Source: Chloroflexota bacterium (GTDB lineage Bacteria > Chloroflexota > UBA5177). Taken from it: a DNA stretch of 64,000 nucleotides. Positions 52,351 through 60,656 of this stretch are shown piece after piece. The stretch is from positions 911 to 64,910 of the forward strand of contig JAICWV010000001.1 of assembly GCA_025966365.1 (NCBI GenBank), given 5' to 3'. The position numbers and the translations under genes are program-made. The notes under the pieces were generated by a model. It made no database searches. It had not been told where the DNA came from and worked only from the letters and a program-made list of their open reading frames with translations. Within the stretch, counting starts at the first letter, position 1, and the number at the start of each line of letters is the position of its first letter.

Positions 52351-52387
52351 CTGTGGCCGGAAATGGTCTCCTGCCTCCCGGCCACAG
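52351..52387 (-). promoter_or_regulatory. perfect 10-bp inverted repeat (CTGTGGCCGG-N17-CCGGCCACAG) in the 5' leader beside the RBS of the 50588..52333 gene
   Basis: Read directly from the sequence. Sits 18-55 nt upstream of the start codon, adjoining the SD. Confidence 0.4.
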
Positions 52388-52651
52388 CGCGCCCGATTCC
52401 TGGGCGCGCAGCTACCTAAGCCCGCATGTAGTCTCCAATCCACGCGCCGCGCGGCGTTGTTACCCAGGCGGGCGCCGGAGCGCCTACTGTTGCCTGTGTT
52501 CGCCGGGAAGCGATGGCTACCATGAGGATTTCAGCGGGTGATTAAAACCAGGGTATACCCCTCCATGACTTTCGTCAACTCGGTCTTGACAATGGACAGT
52601 GGAGTGCGCCGCTGGGTTTTGTACCGGACGCCATCGAGGGCGGCCGTTCGG

Positions 52652-54634
52652 CTACAGGTGCGGGCCCTGGAAATACAGGTGTGGCTCGAGCCAGTGGTTG
52701 GGTGAGACCACCGGCGGCGGCTGCCGGGGAAGAGGTATGGGCTGGATGGCGCGAGGCACGATGGGCGCGGTGATAGACCACTGGCGGTCGGGGTGCATGA
52801 GGCGCCAGGTTCTGGTTCCTCCCAGCGCATCGTGAAGCGTCACCACCACCGAGTCCGGGTGGCTTCCCGGCTGATGCTGAAGGACCAGGCCGTAGCGCCG
52901 TCCACCCGACCAGGAGAGGGCATTGGGCGGCACGACGTAGTGCAGCCTGATAACCGCGGTCTTGCCGCGCCGAACGATGACATAGCCGGGAAACTCGGTC
53001 TTGCCGTAGGCGGGCCCCGGCGTCCACGGGTCTGTCCACCCAGACTGATCCACAAGCTGGCCACCGGCGGGAACGAGCACGCGGAGGTAGCTGGCGTAAT
53101 CGTCCGGACCTCCCAGCATGCCGCCTCCCGGACCGACGCCCTGGCTCATCCTGTCGGCCGGCTCCGGCTCGTTCCAGAAGCGGACCGCCAGCCGCGCGTC
53201 AAGCCAGCGGTCGGGCCGGACCGTGACGTTGTAGCGAACCGACTCGTGCACGTAGGGGTTGATCTTGTTGAAGGACAGGTTGCTGTCGACCAGGTACAGA
53301 TAGTCGCCGGTCGTCCGGCTGATCTCGCCGGAGGCGCCGAGGAGGCGAACCAGCTGCTCGTCCCGGGCGTCGGAAAAATGGAGCAGGAGATCGCCTCTGG
53401 CCACGGCGTCTTGCAATTGCGAGGCGAGACGCAGCCAGCCCCGGACATCCAGCGACTGAATCCGGGCGATCAGGTGCCCGGCCACGATGGGAATGAATCG
53501 CTTGGATGCGTTTGGCGCCCAGTGGGCGTAATAGTCCGTGAGCTGAGCGAGGTTATCGGCGGTGACCTGGCGGTGGTACTCGGGGACATACATGGGGCCG
53601 GTCGCGGCAAGGACGGCGGCTGCCGCCTGCGGGGTCACATTGATGACGCCGGTGGGGTTGGCACCCAGGTCCATGCGCACGAAATAGCGCTCCACCGCAG
53701 CGGTGGTGGGAAAGTCCGGTGACCAGTTGGAGTCGCGGAGCAGCCACCAGATCTCGTTATACAGCCGTATGGGCTCGGGGGCAGGAACCCGGAGCTGCTC
53801 GCGCTTCCGGATCTCGCTATTTTCGAAATGTTGTTTCACGGAGCCGCGATTGACCGTCACCAGGCCGAAGCTTCCGATGAACCCTCCCGTCGGCCGCAAC
53901 TCCAGCGGATCCTGATAGGCGATGAAGTACGTCATGGGGGTGGTTGCGCCGAGAAGGCGGGGGGCGAGCGTCAGGCTCAGGCAGGCAGCGCGCAGCGGCG
54001 GGAGCGCGGCATCAAAGGTGTGCAGCGCCGACGCCAGTTGAGCGGGTGGGTGCGCCGGGATCGTGCGGCGGATCCGCGCTGCCGAGCTGAAGAGCGCATA
54101 TGCGTGCTGGAAGGCGCCGCGCTGCGATGCAATACCCACTGAGAGCTCTTGCAGCCGGTGCCCACCCTTCTGCGCGCGTGCCCGGTGGACCACCGGACGG
54201 AGTGCATCGAGCAGCACCAGAATCCCATCCGAGGTGGTGGAGGCGAGCCGGGTGGCCGGCGGGGCCGCCGCCAGCTGACTGCCGATAACGGGAACCCACG
54301 CCAGATGCGCCAGGATCGGGCTGAGCGGCTCCAGACGCGCGTCGGCCGCCCCGAAATCAGCCCGGGCCCGGCGTACGCGGACCGTGGCCCCGGCGAGGGC
54401 CGTATCCGCTGAGGCAGCCGTGGTCACTCCACTCAGCCCTGTCCTGGCGAGATCGATCTGTGTGACTCCGGAGGTGATGAGGCCGCGCGCGGAAAGGAGC
54501 AGGTAGGCCGAGAGAATCAGCGCCGCCAGGAGGACGAGCACGGCAACACCTGCCAGGAGCAGCGGAGTGCGCGAGTGTCTTCGGGGCGCCGGAAGGGGCC
54601 GGGCCTCCGGCTCGACCGCGGGTCGTCTCACCAC
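52652..54634 (-). CDS. membrane-anchored extracytoplasmic protein, DUF4012-like
   Basis: N-terminal Arg-rich tail plus one TM helix (LLLAGVAVLVLLAALILSAYLLL), then a large ectodomain. Motif YQDPLELRPTGGFIGSFGLV recalls DUF4012. GTG start 1 nt from the upstream sortase stop. Confidence 0.5.
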   Translation of the reverse strand: MVRRPAVEPEARPLPAPRRHSRTPLLLAGVAVLVLLAALILSAYLLLSARGLITSGVTQIDLARTGLSGVTTAASADTALAGATVRVRRARADFGAADARLEPLSPILAHLAWVPVIGSQLAAAPPATRLASTTSDGILVLLDALRPVVHRARAQKGGHRLQELSVGIASQRGAFQHAYALFSSAARIRRTIPAHPPAQLASALHTFDAALPPLRAACLSLTLAPRLLGATTPMTYFIAYQDPLELRPTGGFIGSFGLVTVNRGSVKQHFENSEIRKREQLRVPAPEPIRLYNEIWWLLRDSNWSPDFPTTAAVERYFVRMDLGANPTGVINVTPQAAAAVLAATGPMYVPEYHRQVTADNLAQLTDYYAHWAPNASKRFIPIVAGHLIARIQSLDVRGWLRLASQLQDAVARGDLLLHFSDARDEQLVRLLGASGEISRTTGDYLYLVDSNLSFNKINPYVHESVRYNVTVRPDRWLDARLAVRFWNEPEPADRMSQGVGPGGGMLGGPDDYASYLRVLVPAGGQLVDQSGWTDPWTPGPAYGKTEFPGYVIVRRGKTAVIRLHYVVPPNALSWSGGRRYGLVLQHQPGSHPDSVVVTLHDALGGTRTWRLMHPDRQWSITAPIVPRAIQPIPLPRQPPPVVSPNHWLEPHLYFQGPHL

Positions 54635-56034
54635 CAGAGCCGGATAGGCTTGCCGCCGGATGAAAGCTCTTGCACGCGATTGTTCTGGCTATCCACCACG
54701 TACACATTGCTGCGCGCGTCCACCGCAACGCCGTAGGGCTTTCGGAATTGGCCGAGACCTGATCCCGTCTTGCCCCACGTCGCGCTCAGTTTGCCCGAGG
54801 TCGAATAGCGCAGCACGCTGTCGATCTTGGGGCTCACCACGTAGACGTGACCGCTGCCATCTGCCGCCACGCCCTCTGGTGGGACGGACTCCCAGCGCTT
54901 GAGCTTGACCTTGACCTTCCACATCTTCAGGAAGTCCCCGTTGGGCGAGAGCTTCTGAATCCGTCCGTTTGCCGAGTCGGCCACGTAGATGGTCCCGTCC
55001 GGCGCGACCGCCACGCTGTCCGGGTACCAGAATTCGCCGTGGCCGTGACCGAAATGCCCCCAGGTGGCGAGCACCTGCCCGGAGGGCGACAGCTTCACAA
55101 TCTGATTGGCGCTCGAATTCGCCACGTACACGTTCCCCTGAGCGTCCACGGCAACACCGGCGGGATCATCCAGACTGACCTTGACTGATCCGGTGTCACC
55201 CCACTGCGCCAGCGGCTGACCGGTGGCAGAAAAGACCTGAACTCGATGATTGCCGTCATCCGCTACATAGACGGTGCCGTTGAGGGCCACGGCCACGCCG
55301 GAGAGTCCCCGGAACTGGCTGGTTCCCGTGCCGTAGGTACCCCACCTGTGCAGTGCACGCCGCCGCGCGTCGAACGTGGCGATCCTGTTGTTGCCGGCAT
55401 CGGCAATGAACACATCTCCCTTGCGGTTGACCGCGACGCCGAGCGGTGTCGTCAGCGAGGGCAGCGCGGCGCCACCGGGGAGCGTGGTGAGGGTGGCATA
55501 GACGATCTGCCGGTGGTCGTATCCGGTCCCGTCGCGGTGGAACACGCCCGCGCAGGTGATCAGGAAGAGGCCGCGCTCCTTGGTGGCGGCATCCATAAAG
55601 CCAGTCGGCATTCCGCTGTCGGAGTACTCGCGATTCCACCGCACCTTGAATGTCAGGCTCTGACCGTCAGCGTATTGCACGGTAATTCCGTCACCCCGCA
55701 CCAGGTCCTTCAAGTGCCAGAACACGGCGGGACAGCAGTATGAGTCGAGGTGGCCGTAGATCTGGGCGCGCCCCATATCGCCCGGGCGCGGTCCCTGCGA
55801 GTACCAGGCGACATCTCCCCATTTGTACGGCGCCTCGGTATCGGTTGGATGCGTCATGGAGACTGACTCGACGGCCGTGCGGATGCCGAGTCTGGGAATG
55901 CTCACCACCCTGGGCCAGCCGGGCGGCACGATTTGCATCCGCGTGGCGATAGGGGTTGCCGCGCGTAACGTTGAGGCCGGCGTGACGATCGGAAACAGGA
56001 TCAGTCCGATCATGACGATCAGCGCGCGGTTCAT
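54628..56034 (-). CDS. sortase (class E/F-like) fused to six NHL beta-propeller repeats
   Basis: Signal anchor MNRALIVMIGLILFPIV. Sortase catalytic pattern (IYGHLDS...GDGITV...LFLITCAG...R). Six NHL repeats (GVAVDAQGNVYVAD, PDSVAVAPDGTIYVAD...). Confidence 0.7.
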   Translation of the reverse strand: MNRALIVMIGLILFPIVTPASTLRAATPIATRMQIVPPGWPRVVSIPRLGIRTAVESVSMTHPTDTEAPYKWGDVAWYSQGPRPGDMGRAQIYGHLDSYCCPAVFWHLKDLVRGDGITVQYADGQSLTFKVRWNREYSDSGMPTGFMDAATKERGLFLITCAGVFHRDGTGYDHRQIVYATLTTLPGGAALPSLTTPLGVAVNRKGDVFIADAGNNRIATFDARRRALHRWGTYGTGTSQFRGLSGVAVALNGTVYVADDGNHRVQVFSATGQPLAQWGDTGSVKVSLDDPAGVAVDAQGNVYVANSSANQIVKLSPSGQVLATWGHFGHGHGEFWYPDSVAVAPDGTIYVADSANGRIQKLSPNGDFLKMWKVKVKLKRWESVPPEGVAADGSGHVYVVSPKIDSVLRYSTSGKLSATWGKTGSGLGQFRKPYGVAVDARSNVYVVDSQNNRVQELSSGGKPIRLWW

Positions 56035-56177
56035 TCCGTTCTTGCCAGTGGGAGAATGCACAACGCCAATAGTACGCCGCCTGGACGGCGGACGCGAACC
56101 GAGGGCCCTCTTCCCGCGGCTGTCCCGGCGTGTTACTGCTGATGCGGGGGTAATTGACGGAATTTCCATTCAGACTC

Positions 56178-56206
56178 TTTACGATGCACGAGAACCATGA
56201 TATAGT
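56178..56206 (+). promoter_or_regulatory. sigma-70-like promoter candidate (TTTACG-17-TATAGT) upstream of the PqqD-fusion gene
   Basis: AT-rich island in a GC-rich genome. 17-nt spacer. Lies ~105 nt upstream of the ATG at 56312. Confidence 0.4.
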
Positions 56207-56311
56207 GGCTCTCACATAGATTTGACGCTTCACGCAGCAGGCGGCCCCATTGGCCGCGTAGAGGCTTATTTACAGCGATTGCAAGACGGAAGGGGCGGCA
56301 CGGGAGGGATC

Positions 56312-56923
56312 ATGGACGGGCGAGCAGAAGATCTAGCACCCTTGGCGCGGTCCAAAGGGCTCGTTGTTCGCGAGCTCGACGGTGAGATTCTCATCTTTGA
56401 CCGCGAGAGTGATGCAGCGCACTGTTTGAATGATGTGGCAGCGGGCGTCTGGAAACGTTGCGATGGCTATACCACCATTGCCGAGATGGTGGACGATCTA
56501 TCGAGCACCTCGGGAACTCGGGTTGACGAGTACGTGATTTACAAAGCGCTTGCCGACCTGAGCAAGAAGGATCTCTTGCTCGAGGAGGTGAAGTCGCCAC
56601 GATCACGCAAGGAGATGTCGCGGCGCGACATGATGGTGAAGTCCGCGGCCGCCGCAGTCATCATGATCCCGGTGATCAAGTCGCTGTCGTCACCCAGTGG
56701 CGCTTACGCAGCAGGTGTATGCACCGGCTGCGTCGCGCACAATCAGCCCTGTTCCAGCACGCAACCGTGCTGCGGCGCCGGCGTTAATTGCAAACTCTCC
56801 GGCTGCTGCTATCTCGGGACTGCCTGTTCCGGGACCGGCACCTGCGGTGTCTGCAGCGGATGTGAGTGCCAGCCCAATAGCCACACCGGCTGCGGTCAGC
56901 CGTGCGCGGAGACCGGCTGCTAA
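56312..56923 (+). CDS. PqqD-like (RRE) domain fused in frame to a twin-arginine-like signal/TM segment and a 16-Cys C-terminal domain
   Basis: GGGAGGG 4 nt upstream of ATG 56312. PqqD pattern LVVRELDGEILIFDRESDAAHCLNDVAAGVWKRCDGYTTIAEMVDDL. Then MSRRDMMVKSAAAAVIMIPVIKSLSSPSGAYAAG. Then VCTGCVAHNQPCSSTQPCCGAG...CAETGC. Confidence 0.6.
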   Translation: MDGRAEDLAPLARSKGLVVRELDGEILIFDRESDAAHCLNDVAAGVWKRCDGYTTIAEMVDDLSSTSGTRVDEYVIYKALADLSKKDLLLEEVKSPRSRKEMSRRDMMVKSAAAAVIMIPVIKSLSSPSGAYAAGVCTGCVAHNQPCSSTQPCCGAGVNCKLSGCCYLGTACSGTGTCGVCSGCECQPNSHTGCGQPCAETGC

Positions 56924-56985
56924 GACGCCAACCGAGTAGCGGATCCATGCAGGTTCGTCCTGCGTGTGGGTTTCAGATTCGGATG

Positions 56986-57019
56986 GGCGGACGCGGGTTC
57001 TCTTCCACCCACGTCCGCC
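56986..57019 (+). terminator. GC-rich hairpin (GGCGGACGCGGG-loop-CCCACGTCCGCC, 11/12 bp) 60 nt downstream of the Cys-rich gene stop
   Basis: Read from the sequence. No U-tract (I-shaped), as is common in high-GC bacteria. Confidence 0.35.
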
Positions 57020-57069
57020 TGTGGGGCACTGGTGCGTCCACACCACAGCCGATTCGCGCACGGTCCGGA

Positions 57070-57098
57070 TTGATTTGAGCCGGAACTCCGCGTATTAT
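57070..57098 (+). promoter_or_regulatory. sigma-70-like promoter candidate (TTGATT-17-TATTAT) upstream of the MauE-thioredoxin gene
   Basis: Near-consensus hexamers with a 17-nt spacer, ~50 nt upstream of the ATG at 57151. Confidence 0.4.
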
Positions 57099-57150
57099 CA
57101 GTACCAACCTGCCGTGGGGCAGTTCATTTGACCCGTTGGGAGAGTCCTTG

Positions 57151-58698
57151 ATGCCTGTACTTGTCCTCATTGTCCGCCTGTTGCTGGCGGGCGTGTTTGT
57201 GTTGTCCGCGACCACAAAGCTTTTTGATCGCCTGGGCACACGGCAAGCTGTTGCGGACTTTGGTGTGCCGGAAGCGCTCGTGGAGGGCGTTGCGTTCGCG
57301 CTGCCGGTGGCCGAGCTGCTCGTCGCGGTGCTTCTCATCCCCGGCTCGATCGCCTGGGTCGGCGGGATCGGGGCGGCAATCATCCTGGTGGCTTTCTGCG
57401 TCGCCATCTCAGTCAATCTCGTGCGCGGCAATATCGTGGATTGCCACTGCTTCGGGCAGGTCCATTCAGAGCCCATCAGCACGCGGGTACTGGTTCGCAA
57501 CGCGGTCCTCATCGTGGCAGCTGCATTCGTCGCGATAGCGGGTCGTCCCAATCGAGACCCCAGCGCCTTTCAATCACTGGGATTGACGTCCAGCTTCCGG
57601 TGGGAGGCCGCGGGCATGGGTCTGCTGATGCTCGCGCTGCTCGGAACACTCACCTGGCTCGTGCTCCGCATGAGCGCTGACAACAAGCAATTATTTATCA
57701 GGATGAAGCTGCTCGAGGCCGACATTCGGAGCGGAGGCGTTACTGCCCGTGCCGGCGACGAGGAGGACGCCGTTGAGGACGAAGATCCGAACGTGGGGAA
57801 GCCCGCTTCGTGGCTGGAGCTGCCGAACCTGACGGGCCAGAAAATAACTCTGGCGGATCTCGCGGCACGCGGGAAGCCGATTCTGATGGTCTTTGTCCAT
57901 CCCTCCTGCGCCACGTGCTCGGTGGTGCTGCCCATGGTCGCCCGCTGGCAGCAGGAGTACTCATCCCGATTGACGATTTCGATCATCAGCGGCGGCAAGC
58001 TCCGGGCGAATGTCGAGAAAGCGGAGGAGTACGGCCTTCAGGAAGTCCTGGTGCAGAAACGGCACGAGATAGAGCAGGCATACTCGATTCCCAGAGTACC
58101 GAGCGCAGTCATGGTCTTGCCGGATGGAAGGATTGGAAGTCCCGTCGCGACCGGGCCCGACGACATCCGCGCCCTGTTTGACATCGTGCTGGACCTCGTC
58201 CACGAGCAGATGACCGGTGCTCCCACGCCGCACGTCCATGACAATCCCAATGGCCATAGCCAGGTGGCATGGCCCGATATCAGCATCCCGGCCCCAACGG
58301 TCAGGCTTCCGGACGCAACCGGCCGAATCGTCGACCTGAAGGAGTTCCGAGGTCAGCGGGTTATGCTGCTCTTCTGGGGAACCAACTGCTACCACTGCGA
58401 CCAGATGCATCTCGATATCAAGGAGTGGGAGGCGGATCCGCCGGAGGGGGCCCCAACCCTTGTCATGGTCGCCGTCGGTCCCGAGGAGGAGGTGCGTGCC
58501 TCGGCCAGGGAGTACAGGTCCACCATGCTCGTGGATCCCGAGTTTGAGGTTGGACCCACCTTCAACATCAGTGGCGCCCCCCTCGCAGCGCTGATCGACG
58601 AGGATGGAACATATGTCACGCGTATCGCGGGCGCATACGACATCCTCGGAGTGCTCCGGAACGAGATTCCATGGCCGTCCGCCCTCACCCGGAGCTGA
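57151..58698 (+). CDS. MauE/DoxX-family membrane domain fused to two thioredoxin-like (TlpA/MauD-like) domains
   Basis: Four TM helices with a CHCFG motif (MauE-like). Two thioredoxin-fold segments with CxxC (HPSCATCS; GTNCYHCDQ). GGGAGAG 8 nt upstream of the ATG. Confidence 0.75.
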   Translation: MPVLVLIVRLLLAGVFVLSATTKLFDRLGTRQAVADFGVPEALVEGVAFALPVAELLVAVLLIPGSIAWVGGIGAAIILVAFCVAISVNLVRGNIVDCHCFGQVHSEPISTRVLVRNAVLIVAAAFVAIAGRPNRDPSAFQSLGLTSSFRWEAAGMGLLMLALLGTLTWLVLRMSADNKQLFIRMKLLEADIRSGGVTARAGDEEDAVEDEDPNVGKPASWLELPNLTGQKITLADLAARGKPILMVFVHPSCATCSVVLPMVARWQQEYSSRLTISIISGGKLRANVEKAEEYGLQEVLVQKRHEIEQAYSIPRVPSAVMVLPDGRIGSPVATGPDDIRALFDIVLDLVHEQMTGAPTPHVHDNPNGHSQVAWPDISIPAPTVRLPDATGRIVDLKEFRGQRVMLLFWGTNCYHCDQMHLDIKEWEADPPEGAPTLVMVAVGPEEEVRASAREYRSTMLVDPEFEVGPTFNISGAPLAALIDEDGTYVTRIAGAYDILGVLRNEIPWPSALTRS

Positions 58699-59585
58699 AT
58701 CCATTCCACGCTGATCGGCTGGTTGTGCTCCGGGGTGAGGATCTCCCCCGGCTGAGGTACCCGGTGGCCGGCTTGCGTGAGCTCGATGGGCGGGCCTGGG
58801 GTGCCGGGATAGCAGTCAGCGCCTACGGCGTTCGTCTCGGCGTGCGAGCAGAGCATTCCTCTGTGCTGCTTGGCCTTGGTGATGTTCTCCCGCCGGGATG
58901 GCGCAGCGTGACCGGACCGTCACCGCGAGTCGATCGCCTGTACTCTCTGGTCTTTCCGCAGGATGGTCCGCCGCTCGTGTACGACAACGCCACGTCGTGG
59001 ATCGGGCTCAGCTCCTTCCCGTGGCCTGATGTTCTGGAGCAACTGACGACGTCCCGCGTGGTGCGTCTGGCCACCCGGTACGTCTTCGTGCATTCCGGCG
59101 TCGTGGCATGGCAGGACCGAGCCATCGTGATTCCCGGCGACAGCCGGTCCGGAAAGACCACACTGGTGGCCGCGCTGATTCGGGCCGGCGCAACGTACTA
59201 TTCGGATGACTTCGCCGTCATCGATTCGTCGGGGCTGGTTCGCCCATATGCGCGGCCACTGAAAATACGACGCTCGAGGTTCGGAGAGTTTGACAGGCAC
59301 CGGGTGGAAGAACTGGGTGGCCGGCGGGGGATCAATCCGATTCCCATGGGCGCGGTGGTACTGGCGCCCTATGAAGAAGGAGCCGGCTGGCAGCCGCACA
59401 CGCTCTCGCGGACCGAAGGGCTCGCGTTGCTCATGATGAACAGCATGCAAAAGCGACGGCGGCCCGAGTGGGTGCTGGACGCCCTGACGAGAGCTGCGTC
59501 TCATGCCGTAATGATTGGCAGCAGTCGGGGCGACGCCGACGAAACGGCGCGGCGCATTCTCGAGACCGCCTCCACCCTCACGTGA
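58671..59585 (+). CDS. HPr-kinase-related serine kinase (HprK C-terminal-domain homologue)
   Basis: P-loop IPGDSRSGKTTLVAALIRAG, comparable to the HprK GxSGxGKS. ~300 aa. 28-nt overlap with the upstream gene. Confidence 0.65.
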   Translation: MAVRPHPELNPFHADRLVVLRGEDLPRLRYPVAGLRELDGRAWGAGIAVSAYGVRLGVRAEHSSVLLGLGDVLPPGWRSVTGPSPRVDRLYSLVFPQDGPPLVYDNATSWIGLSSFPWPDVLEQLTTSRVVRLATRYVFVHSGVVAWQDRAIVIPGDSRSGKTTLVAALIRAGATYYSDDFAVIDSSGLVRPYARPLKIRRSRFGEFDRHRVEELGGRRGINPIPMGAVVLAPYEEGAGWQPHTLSRTEGLALLMMNSMQKRRRPEWVLDALTRAASHAVMIGSSRGDADETARRILETASTLT

Positions 59586-60532
59586 GCCGTTCTTTCAGCG
59601 CAGCGGCTCACAACCTCCGGGTGTGGGGCCACGCCCTCCCCATACTCGAGAAGCTGTCCGAGGCGGACATTCCGGTGGTCATTCTCAAGGGTCTTCCTCA
59701 AATCGAGGATCTGTATGGCGACCCGGGGACACGAATGACCTCGGATGTCGACATGCTCGTTCCGTCCCGGCACGCACGATCCACGCTCGCGCTTCTTGCC
59801 GACGCAGGATGGCAGCCGGGAAGCGCGTCCACGCTGCGCTGGCTCACCTCATCCCAGGGGGCCGAAGCCGCATCGTCGCGTCCATGGCACATGCATCCGC
59901 CTCCGAACCTGACCGGCTGCCTCATCGATCTGCATTTCGATCGCATGACCCGGAGCCCGAAGCCGACTCTTGACCCGAGCATCTGGGAGCGAGCCGTGCG
60001 GATGTCACGTGACGGTGCCGATTTCCTGGTCCTCGGTCGGGAGGATCAACTGCTTTTTCTGTGCTACCACTTCGTGACCGACCACCTTCCCTGGCACAAG
60101 CTTCGAGATATCGAGGTGCTCCTGGGCCGCTCGACAGAGCTGGATTGGGACTACATTGCCCGGCGCGCTCGCCTCTCCGGTGTCACCATTGCCGTCTACC
60201 TTGCGTGCCGGCTCGCGGCGCGCGATGCAACGGATCCAGTCCCGGACAACTGGCGGGGTGTCGCTCCGGTGGACCGTCTCCGCGCCTCGGTCCTGGCCGC
60301 CATGTTGGATCGCCGCCCCGGGCTTGCCCAGTCGCGTTACTGGGCGCTCGTGTGGCTGCTCGCGCATGATCGTCCCTGGGACATGCGGACGGTGTGGCGC
60401 CACATCTTCTTCCCTGACCGGGTTACCATCGCGGCTGAATATCTTGGCCGCTGGCCATCGCGGGCCGAGTATCTCGCCGAACTGGGGCGCATCTACCTGC
60501 GTCGTATCCGGAAAAGTTTCGGACGCGCATAG
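59582..60532 (+). CDS. nucleotidyltransferase-family protein (PF14907-like)
   Basis: GTG start overlapping the upstream stop (GTGA). Pol-beta-type motif ...KGLPQIEDLYGDPGTRMTSDVDMLV (G..D.D). Confidence 0.55.
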   Translation: MSRSFSAAAHNLRVWGHALPILEKLSEADIPVVILKGLPQIEDLYGDPGTRMTSDVDMLVPSRHARSTLALLADAGWQPGSASTLRWLTSSQGAEAASSRPWHMHPPPNLTGCLIDLHFDRMTRSPKPTLDPSIWERAVRMSRDGADFLVLGREDQLLFLCYHFVTDHLPWHKLRDIEVLLGRSTELDWDYIARRARLSGVTIAVYLACRLAARDATDPVPDNWRGVAPVDRLRASVLAAMLDRRPGLAQSRYWALVWLLAHDRPWDMRTVWRHIFFPDRVTIAAEYLGRWPSRAEYLAELGRIYLRRIRKSFGRA

Positions 60533-60656
60533 CGACAGGCGTGGTACAGACCTATTCTGAGCAGGTATACTGCCGCTTAGCCTGGCTCAGCCAGGGTGGA
60601 AGGCCCGTACACGTGGGCGGTAGTGATCCGAGTACAGGCGGAGAGAAGTCGCGATC

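Noticed and set aside
56222-56311. TTG 56222 as the start of the PqqD-fusion gene (as in the ORF track)
   Set aside because: The first 30 codons (MTLHAAGGPIGRVEAYLQRLQDGRGGTGGI) overlap the predicted promoter and transcription start, and precede a strong GGGAGGG SD positioned for ATG 56312. Homologous PqqD proteins begin near the LVVREL block.
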